A stretch of DNA of 61,354 bases from a virus (taxonomy: Duplodnaviria > Caudoviricetes): positions 1 to 61,354 of the IMG/VR virus record IMGVR_UViG_3300042545_000830; one strand, 5' to 3'. Positions 27,895 through 39,039 of this stretch are shown piece after piece. The position numbers and the translations under genes are program-made. Within the stretch, counting starts at the first letter, position 1, and each line of letters begins with the position of its first letter. Below the pieces are notes generated by a model. The model did no database searches. It was not told where the DNA came from and was given only the letters and a program-made list of their open reading frames with translations.

Positions 27895-28266
27895 ATGGCA
27901 ATTCCAAAAAAAAGAACCAGAGCAAAGAAAACAATTACCGAAAGTTTATCTGGTACTAATGATGAATTAGTAATGAAACAAGTAGCCGAAAAAATTTTTA
28001 GTGAGATAAACAATAAAGAACTTGAAAAAAGTTTAGATAGATGGCTAAAAGAAAATAGCAATAGAAATGCAATAGCATTAAGAGATTTGGATTTATTAAA
28101 ATCCATAATCACCGAGTATTTAGATACATTTATCGTATTTGGTTATAATGTTGATGGTGAAAGAATCATTCTTCAACATTATACAACCGCAAGAGATAGG
28201 GATGCCATTATGGAATTTCTTAAAACCATTTTTATAAAACAACAACAAGATAATTTTCTAGATTAA
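27895..28266 (+). CDS. hypothetical protein
   Basis: ORF 27856..28266; ATG 27895 follows upstream stop. Confidence 0.6.
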   Translation: MAIPKKRTRAKKTITESLSGTNDELVMKQVAEKIFSEINNKELEKSLDRWLKENSNRNAIALRDLDLLKSIITEYLDTFIVFGYNVDGERIILQHYTTARDRDAIMEFLKTIFIKQQQDNFLD

Positions 28267-28270
28267 AGAT

Positions 28271-29098
28271 ATGGCTTATTATCAAAATCCGAATTATAAT
28301 CATAAATACACTCCCCCTACCTATGATACAATTACATCATGGTATAAGGCAAATAGTGCAACAAGAAGTTGGGCAAATCCTTTGAATGGATTTGACCCAA
28401 TTCCATTTTTTTGTCAATTATTAAAGGTTGCTAATTTACCAGAAATTGAACCTGTTGTATCAATGCAAAAAGAAGGTGGTTTTGATTATGAAAATTATTT
28501 AGAAACATATTTTGTACAATTAACTGCTATTGGTGATGGTAGAGTTAATTTTTATGAAACATGGAAAGAAATATCAAATGAATATTTACCGAAAATATTA
28601 ACTCAAATAGAACTTGCTCAAAGTGGAGGTTGTCAGATTATAAATGGATATGTTTGTAATGGAGATGGTATTCCCATAAAGGAAGCTTCTAGTACATGTA
28701 AAGAAGGCGAAGAATATACAACACCTGTATTGTATGAAGATATAATAGAAAAAACTAAAAATTTCATACAGGAAAAAAGAGACGAACATGCAGATTATTT
28801 TATACAATATTTAAGTGCTAAATATATATATAATACTGAACAAAAATGGAATGCTACTTTAGTTTTTTATCCAAATATGTATTCATTCATAACAGAATTG
28901 TCTTCATACAAAAATGGTTCTAGTGTAATGGAATATGTAAAATATTATTGGGATGAAAAAGATTATGTTTCTGGTAAATTGAATATTCCTATTACAAATC
29001 GTTATACATTTCCTTTTAATACTGAAAATTATGAAAATGGTGTTAAAATGTTTGAGAATTTTTCAGCACCAATACCAAATTTTAAAGATTTGCTTTAA
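28271..29098 (+). CDS. hypothetical protein
   Basis: 275-aa Tyr-rich ORF. Confidence 0.6.
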   Translation: MAYYQNPNYNHKYTPPTYDTITSWYKANSATRSWANPLNGFDPIPFFCQLLKVANLPEIEPVVSMQKEGGFDYENYLETYFVQLTAIGDGRVNFYETWKEISNEYLPKILTQIELAQSGGCQIINGYVCNGDGIPIKEASSTCKEGEEYTTPVLYEDIIEKTKNFIQEKRDEHADYFIQYLSAKYIYNTEQKWNATLVFYPNMYSFITELSSYKNGSSVMEYVKYYWDEKDYVSGKLNIPITNRYTFPFNTENYENGVKMFENFSAPIPNFKDLL

Positions 29099-31215
29099 CA
29101 ATCTTTAGGTTTACCGTCTCCGTTACCATCGTCATCAGTAATTGGTGTATTATCAAATATGTCTGATGGACAATCGAACCCTAAGTTGAAATTTACAATA
29201 TCATATGGTGTGATATTTCCATCGTCATCGTAACCAAAATTTCCACTAACAGGTGTTGTATTAACGAAATCATATTCCCCATAAGCATCGTCTCCAAATA
29301 TACCAAATCTAGCATTTCTATTTCTTCTTGCTTTAGATGCTCTGCTGTTTGGATCATCAAAACCAAATCCTCCACCACCTCCACCGCAAGCACCCGCCAA
29401 TGATTTGGGACCTGGTTTTGTTCCCATACAAGATTCGGTTGCTGGTGTTGGTATACTACTAGGACTTGGTCTTGCACCACCCCAGTCTTCCAATGTATCA
29501 TACATATCTCCTTTATATATGGAATAATCGTGAGTATGTGGTTGATTTGTTATAGTGTGATTATGTTTCCAATTCCAAATACCTCCTGATGGCATAATTC
29601 CCCAACTTATACCAGGTCCCGCTGAATTTAAACACATTCCAACATAAAATCCAGTTTGTGTTGTTTCAACAACCGTTGAGTTCATTATTTGATTGAATGT
29701 TTCACTTGTTAATTTATATAAATTACCAATATCTAACAAAGAATCTGGCATTATATACTGCTGTATTGTTTGTAATACAGTATCAGCACCACACATTGCT
29801 TGAGAAGTAAATAACCAATTAGCATCATTAGTTATAGATTTAGTAGATCCTGATTGTGTAGTTTGCATACGCATAGATCTACCAATAAAATGACTTGCTG
29901 CCACATCACCATCAACTGTTACTCCACCCATACATGCAATATTTCCAACAACATTTAATGCGCCTTGTACTTTCGTGTCTTTAGATTTTAATGTCAATCC
30001 ACCGCTTCCACTTCTATCGTCAGCATCTATTACAACTGCTTTTCCTTTCAAGGTAGTCAAATTTTGAGATGCCAGACAAAGTTCTCCTTCACTAGCTACT
30101 AATGTTATAGATCCACCAGCAATGTGAGTATGACCAGAAGTTAAAAGTTCTATTCCACCGTTCCCAGTTTCTAGAAGTAATTTACTAGCTACATTAACAG
30201 TGAGAAAACCATCTTGTGTAATTGGATTTAAATTTATAACATTTACAATTGTTCCTTCTCCGGTTGCCCATAATGTTTGTGGTAAAGATTTTCCTTTTTT
30301 AAATTTAGCATTTCCGGTATCGTTTTTGGTTCCACATTTAATATATGGACTTTCAGAAGAACTAACTGGTGTACCGATATTGATAGTAACATTTCTGTTT
30401 TTTGTGTGTACTTCGTTTCCTGCTGGTCCAGAAGCTTCTTCTAATTTTGCCATTTCTCCAGATTCTATAGAATTATTTAAAACTTTTTCAGCTGCTTTAT
30501 TTCCAGCTTCTAGTTTTTTTTGTGGAGATTCTATCATTCCATTTTTACAACCTTTATTTCCACATGTACTTTCACCTGATAAAGCTTGTGCTGTTATTAC
30601 ATCTAAAATCGGAGCTACAAAAGTATTCAAAATAAATTCTACTACATCTATAGCATATCCAAAATATGGTAATATACCTGGTCGTCTTAACAATTTCATT
30701 AATCTTGTTATAAATCCACTCTTTTTATTAACTAATTGTTGTTGAGCGCAAGTGTCACAAGGAACCAAATCCCCTTTCGTTGAATTTATAGCATTCTTTT
30801 TTTCCTTTTCTGCTTTATCGTATATAGCTTGTATCTTTTTTATCGCTTGCAATTGTTTGTCTGACATTTCTCCATTTTGATTTATAACATTTCCATTAAT
30901 TGTTTTTACTATATGATCACCATTCGATAAAATTTTTACATCACCTTTAGATCTTATTTCAAAGGAATTTGATTGAAGAAAAGCATGTCCTGTAACAACT
31001 TGTAATCCATGTTGTAAAAAATTTAAAAAGTTTTTACCATTTGTTATAGTACCAACACTTTTATCATTTGGTCCATTTACACCATCCTCTTTATTTTTAA
31101 TACCAAAAATTCTTAATACACCAGACAAATCAAATGCTTGTTTTTCTCTAATACCTTCTGTTTTTGTTTTTTTGTTTTTATATTTTCCTATTGCGGGATT
31201 TATGTTTTTACTCAT
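29095..31215 (-). CDS. baseplate central spike, gp5 C-terminal beta-helix-like part
   Basis: Gly/Val/Ile beta-helix-type repeats (VQGALNVVGNIACMGGVTVDGDV), HNH...HTH motifs; follows gp5 OB-fold gene. Confidence 0.6.
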   Translation of the reverse strand: MSKNINPAIGKYKNKKTKTEGIREKQAFDLSGVLRIFGIKNKEDGVNGPNDKSVGTITNGKNFLNFLQHGLQVVTGHAFLQSNSFEIRSKGDVKILSNGDHIVKTINGNVINQNGEMSDKQLQAIKKIQAIYDKAEKEKKNAINSTKGDLVPCDTCAQQQLVNKKSGFITRLMKLLRRPGILPYFGYAIDVVEFILNTFVAPILDVITAQALSGESTCGNKGCKNGMIESPQKKLEAGNKAAEKVLNNSIESGEMAKLEEASGPAGNEVHTKNRNVTINIGTPVSSSESPYIKCGTKNDTGNAKFKKGKSLPQTLWATGEGTIVNVINLNPITQDGFLTVNVASKLLLETGNGGIELLTSGHTHIAGGSITLVASEGELCLASQNLTTLKGKAVVIDADDRSGSGGLTLKSKDTKVQGALNVVGNIACMGGVTVDGDVAASHFIGRSMRMQTTQSGSTKSITNDANWLFTSQAMCGADTVLQTIQQYIMPDSLLDIGNLYKLTSETFNQIMNSTVVETTQTGFYVGMCLNSAGPGISWGIMPSGGIWNWKHNHTITNQPHTHDYSIYKGDMYDTLEDWGGARPSPSSIPTPATESCMGTKPGPKSLAGACGGGGGGFGFDDPNSRASKARRNRNARFGIFGDDAYGEYDFVNTTPVSGNFGYDDDGNITPYDIVNFNLGFDCPSDIFDNTPITDDDGNGDGKPKDC

Positions 31216-31223
31216 TTTTTTAA

Positions 31224-32270
31224 TTATTGAATTGATTGCCCAAAACCACCTTTTCCTTCTATTTCAAAATTTTGGGTTGATGGATTTTGTACGGGTGTAG
31301 TAGTTGTAGTACTAGTTTTATTTTCTGATATAGGTATATCTACTGGTAAATCATTTGCAGCTTGTTCATCCACCTCATCCCATATAGGTTCACCACCTAT
31401 GGGTTTACCTTCTGATTCACCACCTATAGGTTCACCTCCAGATTCACCATTCACAGGTTCATAATTACCATAAAAATTTTTATGATCTGTTGGAACTAAA
31501 GAATAAGCAAAATATACAGGTTTTTGTATATCTCCACCATGAAAAAAAATCCAAACTCTAGATCCACATCTAGGAATTGAAAATGTTCCTTGTGGTGTTC
31601 CTTCACCAAATGGAGGAGGTGGTTCTGATGAAAAATATGGATCGGGTAATATACCGCCCGAATCATTATTTACAGCAACTGAAGATACATCATGTCTAGT
31701 TCCACCGTCTACATCGGTTTCATTTTCAATTAATCCAGAAGCGGATACATTCGATGGAGCAACAGGATTAATATAACTTGTAATATTAGCAACAAATTCA
31801 CCTTCGGAATTTGTGTAAAATTCTTCAGTAGAAATTTCAGAATTTTGAGATTGTACATTATTTTGTGATGTGAAATCCATTTCGGGTAATAATGAAGTGA
31901 AGTCTTTTTTATCATTTGTTAAAGGTGTCTCCTCTACATCTAAATTTACAGGTGTCCCCCCTACATCTAAACTTGTTTGTTGAGCACCACCATCTGATTC
32001 ATTGTAATATAATGAAGTACCGCCACCAATTAAGGGAGATGCACACTCAGCCCAAGGTAATACAGATCTCAATTTATTAACATATAAATCACTTAATTCC
32101 GAATCATTACCAATATAATATATATCTTTATTTTTTATATCATCATTCCAGCCACCATAGAATGTATTTGTTATACCAGGAATCCATACTTGTATACGAC
32201 CTCTTCTTTCAGGATCTCCTCCGTCCTTACTAACAACCATACCTAAATAATTTCCATAGTATTTTTCCAT
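31224..32270 (-). CDS. baseplate hub/spike gp5 N-terminal OB-fold protein (VgrG-like)
   Basis: YLGMVV...DPERRGRIQVWIP, LPWA, P..GSRVWIFFHGGD..KPVYF. Confidence 0.8.
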   Translation of the reverse strand: MEKYYGNYLGMVVSKDGGDPERRGRIQVWIPGITNTFYGGWNDDIKNKDIYYIGNDSELSDLYVNKLRSVLPWAECASPLIGGGTSLYYNESDGGAQQTSLDVGGTPVNLDVEETPLTNDKKDFTSLLPEMDFTSQNNVQSQNSEISTEEFYTNSEGEFVANITSYINPVAPSNVSASGLIENETDVDGGTRHDVSSVAVNNDSGGILPDPYFSSEPPPPFGEGTPQGTFSIPRCGSRVWIFFHGGDIQKPVYFAYSLVPTDHKNFYGNYEPVNGESGGEPIGGESEGKPIGGEPIWDEVDEQAANDLPVDIPISENKTSTTTTTPVQNPSTQNFEIEGKGGFGQSIQ

Positions 32271-32276
32271 AAAAAA

Positions 32277-33758
32277 TTAACAATCAGGATCGTTAAAAGA
32301 TAATAAACTTTCATCTCCACCAAGTCCAGTAGCTTCAACTTCATCTTGGGTTTTAGCAGAACTTATCATATATTTAACAGCATTTTTTGGAGCATCCGCC
32401 AAATAATTAGCCTCGTCTGCTACTTGATTTATACTATCTCCTATACCAATAAATGCATCTTTTAGATTTGATTCAACTTGTTGTTGTGTTCTTTTTATTG
32501 TTCTTAATGATGCTGCTATTGGATTTAAATGATAATCAACATATGGCGTCTCATCCGATCCTACATTTACAGTAGGATTTAAAGGCTGTGAACGATTAGA
32601 ACAATTGTCTATAATCTGTGGACCATATCTATTTAAATAATCAGCAATAGCTGGTATTGATCTATGATTAGCACCAAATTTTTTAATTAATAAAGAGGCA
32701 ATGTTTCCTTGTAACGCATCTGCAACTTGTGACATTCCATAATTTGATAATTGATCAGATAAAAATCCACTAGGATCGGAACCTATTTGATCTACCATAT
32801 CTATAATTTGTTTAACTTCGGGAGGAAGATAAGAAATTATAGTAGACAATGGATTTTGTGCTTGATTAACTAAATTTGAAGCAATATTAATATAACTTTG
32901 AAATTGATTTAAATAATTAAATATTGAACCAGATTGACTGAATAGAGAAGTAAAAAATCCAATATCATCCAATAATACTTGTGCCGCTTCTAAAATTAAA
33001 CATATTAAATCCAATGGAATTATTGATTCTATAATAGAAATCATAAGTTGATTTACCATTCTCATTACACCGTTTATATAAGAATACCATTGCTGTATTA
33101 TTCTTATAGCACCTTGATATACGGCATTAATAGCTCTTTGAAATGCTTTAATTACACCATTTAATTTTGCTATTATTCTTTGCAATGAACCATATGCCAT
33201 AGCAGGTAATGCTAAATATGATCTGGATCTTATCATATTACAAAAACGTTCTATGTTTTTTGTAAATTCCGGATTTATATTATTTAATATGTTTTCACAA
33301 GCAGATGGTGTACTTTTAGCTGGTCCAGATATTGGGCTACCATTAAGAAGTGCTGCTATAGATGCCAAAGAACCAACACCCGACCAACCAACTGGTTCCG
33401 AAAACTCACCATTGTTTGTCATCATCTTCCATCCTGGTGTTTTTTCTAAAACAGGACGCATCAATCTTTGCTTTTGTTCTTTTGTTTTTGGATCAATATA
33501 ATTATAATATAATTTTGGTAATGTTTTTAAAACAAAATCATAATCTTGTTGTGATACATCATGTTGTTTACCATTTTCTAAAGAAAAAACCCACTTATTA
33601 TCTCTTGGTTCATATCCATAAGCCAATATAGATAAATATGAAGCTCGTATATTTAAATTTGCACTATTTTCATATATTGTTAATAGTGCGGGTGGTGCTA
33701 TAGTAGTCAATTTTGTATCAGCTGCCAATTCACCAATATTATTAAATGTTTTTGCCAT
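32277..33758 (-). CDS. hypothetical virion/baseplate-associated protein
   Basis: 493-aa helical ORF in the tail module; GTAAATA 6 nt before ATG. Confidence 0.55.
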   Translation of the reverse strand: MAKTFNNIGELAADTKLTTIAPPALLTIYENSANLNIRASYLSILAYGYEPRDNKWVFSLENGKQHDVSQQDYDFVLKTLPKLYYNYIDPKTKEQKQRLMRPVLEKTPGWKMMTNNGEFSEPVGWSGVGSLASIAALLNGSPISGPAKSTPSACENILNNINPEFTKNIERFCNMIRSRSYLALPAMAYGSLQRIIAKLNGVIKAFQRAINAVYQGAIRIIQQWYSYINGVMRMVNQLMISIIESIIPLDLICLILEAAQVLLDDIGFFTSLFSQSGSIFNYLNQFQSYINIASNLVNQAQNPLSTIISYLPPEVKQIIDMVDQIGSDPSGFLSDQLSNYGMSQVADALQGNIASLLIKKFGANHRSIPAIADYLNRYGPQIIDNCSNRSQPLNPTVNVGSDETPYVDYHLNPIAASLRTIKRTQQQVESNLKDAFIGIGDSINQVADEANYLADAPKNAVKYMISSAKTQDEVEATGLGGDESLLSFNDPDC

Positions 33759-33804
33759 ATTATATATTTACTTTTGAAGTAAAAATGTTATTATTATATA
33801 ACTT

Positions 33805-34404
33805 ATGCAAAATAATTCAAAATTCCACAAAATCATAGGAATAGCAGGTGCTTCTAGGTCTGGAAAAGATACTTTATGCCGATCATTGATACGAATTTTG
33901 AATGAAAAATACAATATTGAAGCAGAAAGAAGGTCTATAGCAGGAGATTTGATCAAAAAAAACCTGCGAAGTATCATAATGAATAGCGTTGGAATAGATT
34001 CATTTACCGAAAATACAGAAGAAAAGGAATTAATTAGACCATTATTGGTAGAATATGGAAAATTGATGAGAAATAATACAAAAGGTAGATATTTTGTTGA
34101 AAATTTTGAAGTTGTAAAAGAAAAAACTCTAATAATTCCAGATATAAGATATGCCGAATACTTAAAAGACGAAATTCACTGGATTAGAAATGAAGTAAAT
34201 GGATATTTAATCTTTTTAGAAAGAGAAAACATCAAAGATGCGAATGAAACAGAAAAAATTAACAACAAAAAGTTGAAAATTCTTTCAAATTGCTGTATTC
34301 GTTGGGGTAAATTGGACGAAAATGACAAAAGTGATAGAAAAATTATAGATGATTATTCTATAAAAATTTTAAATGATATATTTCAGTCTACCACTTGCCA
34401 ATAG
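33805..34404 (+). CDS. deoxynucleoside monophosphate kinase (gp1-like)
   Basis: IIGIAGASRSGKDT P-loop, RPLLVEYG, IIPDIRY..E. Confidence 0.8.
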   Translation: MQNNSKFHKIIGIAGASRSGKDTLCRSLIRILNEKYNIEAERRSIAGDLIKKNLRSIIMNSVGIDSFTENTEEKELIRPLLVEYGKLMRNNTKGRYFVENFEVVKEKTLIIPDIRYAEYLKDEIHWIRNEVNGYLIFLERENIKDANETEKINNKKLKILSNCCIRWGKLDENDKSDRKIIDDYSIKILNDIFQSTTCQ

Positions 34405-34702
34405 GACATTTTTCGGCTTTTAAATATGTCTTAATAGCCATATTACATCCACATTTGGTACATCTCTCCGCTGATTTATTAAAAAATTCGCACCCATTGC
34501 AAATTTCTAATCTTTTTTTTGCTTGTTCGTTGTTTTCGGTTAATGGATTTCCAGCGGCTACGCTTTTTATGTTTCGCACAATAGAATTTCCCAAGTTTTT
34601 TGCCATTTGTGTATTAGAAGGATAGTTATTATCCTTATAACCTTGTAAACTTCTAATTTTAGAAGCGTCCAGTCTTGCTTTTAATTGTTCTTTGTCTATC
34701 AT
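34388..34702 (-). CDS. small Cys-rich protein (DUF6171-like)
   Basis: RLEICNGCEFF...RCTKCGC...K.....CPIGKW. Confidence 0.7.
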   Translation of the reverse strand: MIDKEQLKARLDASKIRSLQGYKDNNYPSNTQMAKNLGNSIVRNIKSVAAGNPLTENNEQAKKRLEICNGCEFFNKSAERCTKCGCNMAIKTYLKAEKCPIGKW

Positions 34703-36567
34703 AAATTCTTATCCTCTATTTCCCATATTTTATGGAATGCGTCAACTTTGGTCGCAACAACTTCTGTTAAATAATTATCTTTTGTAAACAGATGTACAAC
34801 TTTTGTCATTATCCATTGACCTAAAAATCTATCATTAAAAGCGTTTCTTTCACCGTTTGAACCTGCACTATCGATGAAAATAAACCTACCCGGTGATCTA
34901 ATGGTCAATCCATTAGAAACAAATGATATTGCCTGATTTAAAAACAATAAATTTTTCATCATTTCTACTTGTGGCAAATTATTTGGTACAAATGGTCTAT
35001 ATACCAATGCAGGTTTTGTTGATATTCCTTTTTGTTTTGTTTGATTCAAATTTGCCAATATGTGAGCATCTTTGTTAACCTCAAATGAATATAAATTATC
35101 TTTTGCGGCATCTGTAAATTTATCAATTACATCTTTTGCAGTATTGTTTTCCGGATATATTCTAAATGTACCAGAATTAAAATCATGATAGCACAATGGT
35201 CTATTGACAATTTTCATATCATCTAAACTGACCATCGGTGAAAATTTATATGATCTTATTCTGGATGCAATACCAGAAGTAAAATTTTGAGCCACATAAT
35301 TTTCTATATCTTCACCGTATAAAGGTGCTCTTGGATGATATGGTTTTTTTGAAAGGATACCATCTTCAATAAATAATCTTTCTACTTGTTCTGATTTAGA
35401 TCTATATAATAATGTTTTTAATGATATTAATTCCCATTCTTTATTTTTTTTATTTGTTGATCCGGTACTTCCACCTTCTATATAATCACCAGAGTTTCTT
35501 CCAAATCTTAAAAACACCGGATAACCTTCACTGGAACATGCATTTTGCATAACATAATCCAAATCATCCAATACATTTGAACTAGCAGGAGAGGTATAAA
35601 ATATATGATTGTTGTTTTGGGGATTGTTATCAACATAACCATCATCCCAATTCGAACTATATCTATTTAATGGTATATTTGGTTTATCTATTGTTCCACC
35701 ACCTTCGGTAAATCCAATATTAACAACTTTTCCTCTTTCATTTTCATATTTTGGATCTATTAAAGAAGCAGTATCTATTATAGATTTAATTGCTATATTA
35801 GCAGGAATAGAACTTTGAAAATCATCCAATTCCCAAGGTTCCATATCTCTTAGAGATCTCATTTGTGGATAATCTGAAATATATGAATTCAATCCTTGTA
35901 ATCTAGTTGACCATTCTATATTTCTTTCCAAGAAAAATTGATACCTCTCATCCCAAAAATAATATTTTCTTAATTTATCATGATTATTGCCCACTGGCAT
36001 ATCTTCTATATCATAAATAACACAATCGAATGACATTTCCCACTGTTCTTTTGGTAAAGAATTTGGTTCACTGAAAGTATTATATGAATTTTTTGTATTT
36101 GGAACCGGATATATTTTAAATGATATTTTATTTCTTCCATCTCCTCTAAAAACATAACGAGGATCTACATTTTTAGAATCGGAGTACAATAATTCTTGAT
36201 TGCTTTCTGTTATCGATCCTCTGGATATAGTTTCGTGTTTATCATCAAAGACAATCCATCCTTTAACATTCCAATCACTCAAAGATTCTTCGAATGCCAA
36301 AGAATGTACCAATAAAAATGGAACAGCTACTGGTTTTTGATCTTCCAGTTGATTATACATATATATTTCAATATAATATAATTGATCTCTTATCTGATGT
36401 ATAAAACCAGCTTTTTTAGAATCATTAACCAAAGATTCCATTGGAGATATAACGTTTTCCGGTTGTGGTAATTCTGTTTTGGGACTAAAACTATTAAAAT
36501 TTTGTTCTAGTTCTGGTAGAGAGCCATTAGGTGCTAAAGAAATAGGATTTTCTGTTAATATTCCCAT
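34699..36567 (-). CDS. baseplate hub protein (gp27-like)
   Basis: LAFEESL..W.VKG, C-terminal G.TIRSPGRFIFI...LGQWIMTKVVHLF....Y.TEV. Confidence 0.65.
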   Translation of the reverse strand: MGILTENPISLAPNGSLPELEQNFNSFSPKTELPQPENVISPMESLVNDSKKAGFIHQIRDQLYYIEIYMYNQLEDQKPVAVPFLLVHSLAFEESLSDWNVKGWIVFDDKHETISRGSITESNQELLYSDSKNVDPRYVFRGDGRNKISFKIYPVPNTKNSYNTFSEPNSLPKEQWEMSFDCVIYDIEDMPVGNNHDKLRKYYFWDERYQFFLERNIEWSTRLQGLNSYISDYPQMRSLRDMEPWELDDFQSSIPANIAIKSIIDTASLIDPKYENERGKVVNIGFTEGGGTIDKPNIPLNRYSSNWDDGYVDNNPQNNNHIFYTSPASSNVLDDLDYVMQNACSSEGYPVFLRFGRNSGDYIEGGSTGSTNKKNKEWELISLKTLLYRSKSEQVERLFIEDGILSKKPYHPRAPLYGEDIENYVAQNFTSGIASRIRSYKFSPMVSLDDMKIVNRPLCYHDFNSGTFRIYPENNTAKDVIDKFTDAAKDNLYSFEVNKDAHILANLNQTKQKGISTKPALVYRPFVPNNLPQVEMMKNLLFLNQAISFVSNGLTIRSPGRFIFIDSAGSNGERNAFNDRFLGQWIMTKVVHLFTKDNYLTEVVATKVDAFHKIWEIEDKNL

Positions 36568-36569
36568 AA

Positions 36570-37169
36570 TTAACAACTCTCCTCATCTACGTTTTTTAAT
36601 AATTCCACATTCAATTGATTGAATGCAAAAGAAGCAGTACAAGATATTTCACTTGGATCTTGGTGTGAAAAATTTATTTCTGATAAAGAAACCGGAAAAA
36701 CATGATTGTATTTAAATGCTACTATTTTTTTGTTGTATTCATCCAATGCATATATAGTAAATTTCGATACTAATTCTGTCATAGGATTTTCCAATTTTGG
36801 TTTTTTACTAGATGCCATGATTTCCATATGCACATCTGATTTTGATGTTTGAGAATCATTAAAAATATTTAACCATTTCCAAATTATCCAATAGTTTTTA
36901 TAACCATTGTCTATAAAAAATCTAACATTTAAAGGTTGATATGATGGTCTTGATAAAGATGATGCTTTGTAAACCTGATTATCAAATGGAACATCGATAG
37001 AAGGAACACTTACACTAGGAATGGGTGATCCATATGTAGTAAACTGAATTTGATCGGGATGATAATTTTTATCGAGAACATTATCATATTTTGTTTTTAA
37101 AAATTTTGGAAGATCCAAAACCATTAAAAATTTATCATTGCGTGTTTTATTTAAAATTGCCTGATTCAT
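36570..37169 (-). CDS. tail tube terminator / tail completion protein (gp3-like)
   Basis: YQPLNVRFFIDNGYKNY..IWKWL, FPVSLSEINF, CTASFAF (tube-fold family). Confidence 0.7.
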   Translation of the reverse strand: MNQAILNKTRNDKFLMVLDLPKFLKTKYDNVLDKNYHPDQIQFTTYGSPIPSVSVPSIDVPFDNQVYKASSLSRPSYQPLNVRFFIDNGYKNYWIIWKWLNIFNDSQTSKSDVHMEIMASSKKPKLENPMTELVSKFTIYALDEYNKKIVAFKYNHVFPVSLSEINFSHQDPSEISCTASFAFNQLNVELLKNVDEESC

Positions 37170-37170
37170 A

Positions 37171-39015
37171 TTAAAAAATTATAATTGGTCTATATTCTTC
37201 TGCTTGTTTTTCTTCTACTATTTCTCTTTTTGGTTCTGGTTTATTTCCCCAATTCAAAAGCCAATTTGTTAATTCTGCCTGTTCTTGAGCAAGTGTTATT
37301 GGTTCATTCACATTAAATTTTCCAACGTGTGATATACTTGTATTTATCGATGCATTCTTTTTAAATTGAGAAACAGCACCACTCAATAGAGGACTCTTTT
37401 TCAACAAATCTGAATTGTCGGAAAATGGTTTTATTTTTAAGGGTTTTCCTTGATCATCAGTGTCAGCAATAACATAATATTTTGATGCTATGGATGGTTC
37501 TAATATGAAAATACCCCAAATTAAAGATAATACTCTATCGTCTAAATCATCATCTTTTCTTTTACTGTATGTATAATTCTCATGTCTAACGAAATTATTA
37601 AGTTCCAGTAAAGTATCGATGTCATATAATCTAACCGCATTTAAACTATTGACCCAATATCTAAAATTGGTAACACCTCTATATTTTGTATTGGTGTGGT
37701 TGTGTATACCAAAACGATTTTCATTGTTATAGTGTTTACTGAATCCCTCAAAATGATATGAAACCACCGATTCGTAGTTATGAGTGTGACAAAGAACATC
37801 CAACACCTGTTGTCCGTTATTATTGTTCTCAACAAGTATAGGAGGACGCCCCCAATCCTCCAGAATGCCCATTAAACGTGTTCCAAAATGAAAAGGACTC
37901 ATTGAGTTGGTTGCATATATAGCAACTTGTTTAATACTGGTTAAATCTGATATGTCTAATATCTGAGCAACTGTATTGGAACGACCAATTCCCTCCCCAA
38001 CGTCAACACCAATAGCATAAAAAGATTCTGGATTTGGTTCTTGGAATATTTTGTAGTTTCCATTATCCATTACCAATATAGGTTCCTTACATTGGGCTTT
38101 TAATTCGGCTAAAAGATTAGGATCAATAGCTGTTTTATTTGGATCATGGAATACATTGGCAAATTCTTGATCGAAATCGTCTTGAGAACCCATAGCGGAA
38201 ATGGTTTCTTTCTTCCATTCCTCGTCACGACCGGGCACATCCCACCAGTTAACTACCTCCAAATGCCAATCACTATTTTCTTTTTGTGATTCTTGATACA
38301 ATTCATAAAATTTATTATCCGTACCATTTGGTGTACTAATAATAACCAATTGTGACTTTTTAGATGATGAAATAATAGGAATAGCAGATTTCCACAACTC
38401 ATTCATGAGTTCATTTGGACAATGTGCCATTTCATCAATAATAAGAAGGTTACTTGTAGATCCGCGAGGACCAGCAGAAGAGGTTGTACTAATTTTTATA
38501 GAAGAATCATTTGCCAATTGAAAACCATCTTTTCTCCATGATTTAACACTTGGCTTCATCCAAACCGGAAGTTGTTCAAATGCCATTTTTATTCTTTCGA
38601 ATATTTCTTTAGCGGTAGATTCTTTATTTGCTACGATAGTAATACGTTTATCGTTTTGAAAACATACTATCCACAATGCATAAATTGTTATGGTTGTAGT
38701 TTTTCCAGACTGTCTACTGGAAAGTACAATATTAAATCTTTCGTTTTTAAAAGCTTTTAAAAGTCTTTTTTGATACTTATAAAGTTCTATCTTTTTCTTA
38801 CCTTCATCCAAGGTTGTTATATAAAAATACTGTTCTGCAAAGTGTAGAATGCTTTTGTTACAAAGCTTCAATTCCTCGATCATGGAATCAGTCCATTTAA
38901 ATTGAGAATTTCCTCTTAATAGATTTTCGTTTCCTTTATAAAACGCACCATCTACTAAAATATCTTCTGGATCGATTTCGTCTTCGATTTCTTCTATTTT
39001 TTTCTTTCTTCCCAT
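37171..39015 (-). CDS. gp17: terminase large subunit (gp17)
   Basis: LYKYQ, SRQSGKTT, LIIDEMAH, ISTPNG, FDQEF, GVDVGEG, VENN, DDRV. Confidence 0.93.
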   Translation of the reverse strand: MGRKKKIEEIEDEIDPEDILVDGAFYKGNENLLRGNSQFKWTDSMIEELKLCNKSILHFAEQYFYITTLDEGKKKIELYKYQKRLLKAFKNERFNIVLSSRQSGKTTTITIYALWIVCFQNDKRITIVANKESTAKEIFERIKMAFEQLPVWMKPSVKSWRKDGFQLANDSSIKISTTSSAGPRGSTSNLLIIDEMAHCPNELMNELWKSAIPIISSSKKSQLVIISTPNGTDNKFYELYQESQKENSDWHLEVVNWWDVPGRDEEWKKETISAMGSQDDFDQEFANVFHDPNKTAIDPNLLAELKAQCKEPILVMDNGNYKIFQEPNPESFYAIGVDVGEGIGRSNTVAQILDISDLTSIKQVAIYATNSMSPFHFGTRLMGILEDWGRPPILVENNNNGQQVLDVLCHTHNYESVVSYHFEGFSKHYNNENRFGIHNHTNTKYRGVTNFRYWVNSLNAVRLYDIDTLLELNNFVRHENYTYSKRKDDDLDDRVLSLIWGIFILEPSIASKYYVIADTDDQGKPLKIKPFSDNSDLLKKSPLLSGAVSQFKKNASINTSISHVGKFNVNEPITLAQEQAELTNWLLNWGNKPEPKREIVEEKQAEEYRPIIIF

Positions 39016-39039
39016 GTATAATAAATACTTATGTAAATA

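Noticed and set aside
31210-31230. Programmed frameshift joining the two gp5-like genes
   Set aside because: The A-run lies after the stop codon of the upstream gene, and the downstream gene has its own ATG
31384-31450. Short GGEPI-type repeats in the gp5 OB-fold gene
   Set aside because: Low-complexity coding linker; no sign of an independent element
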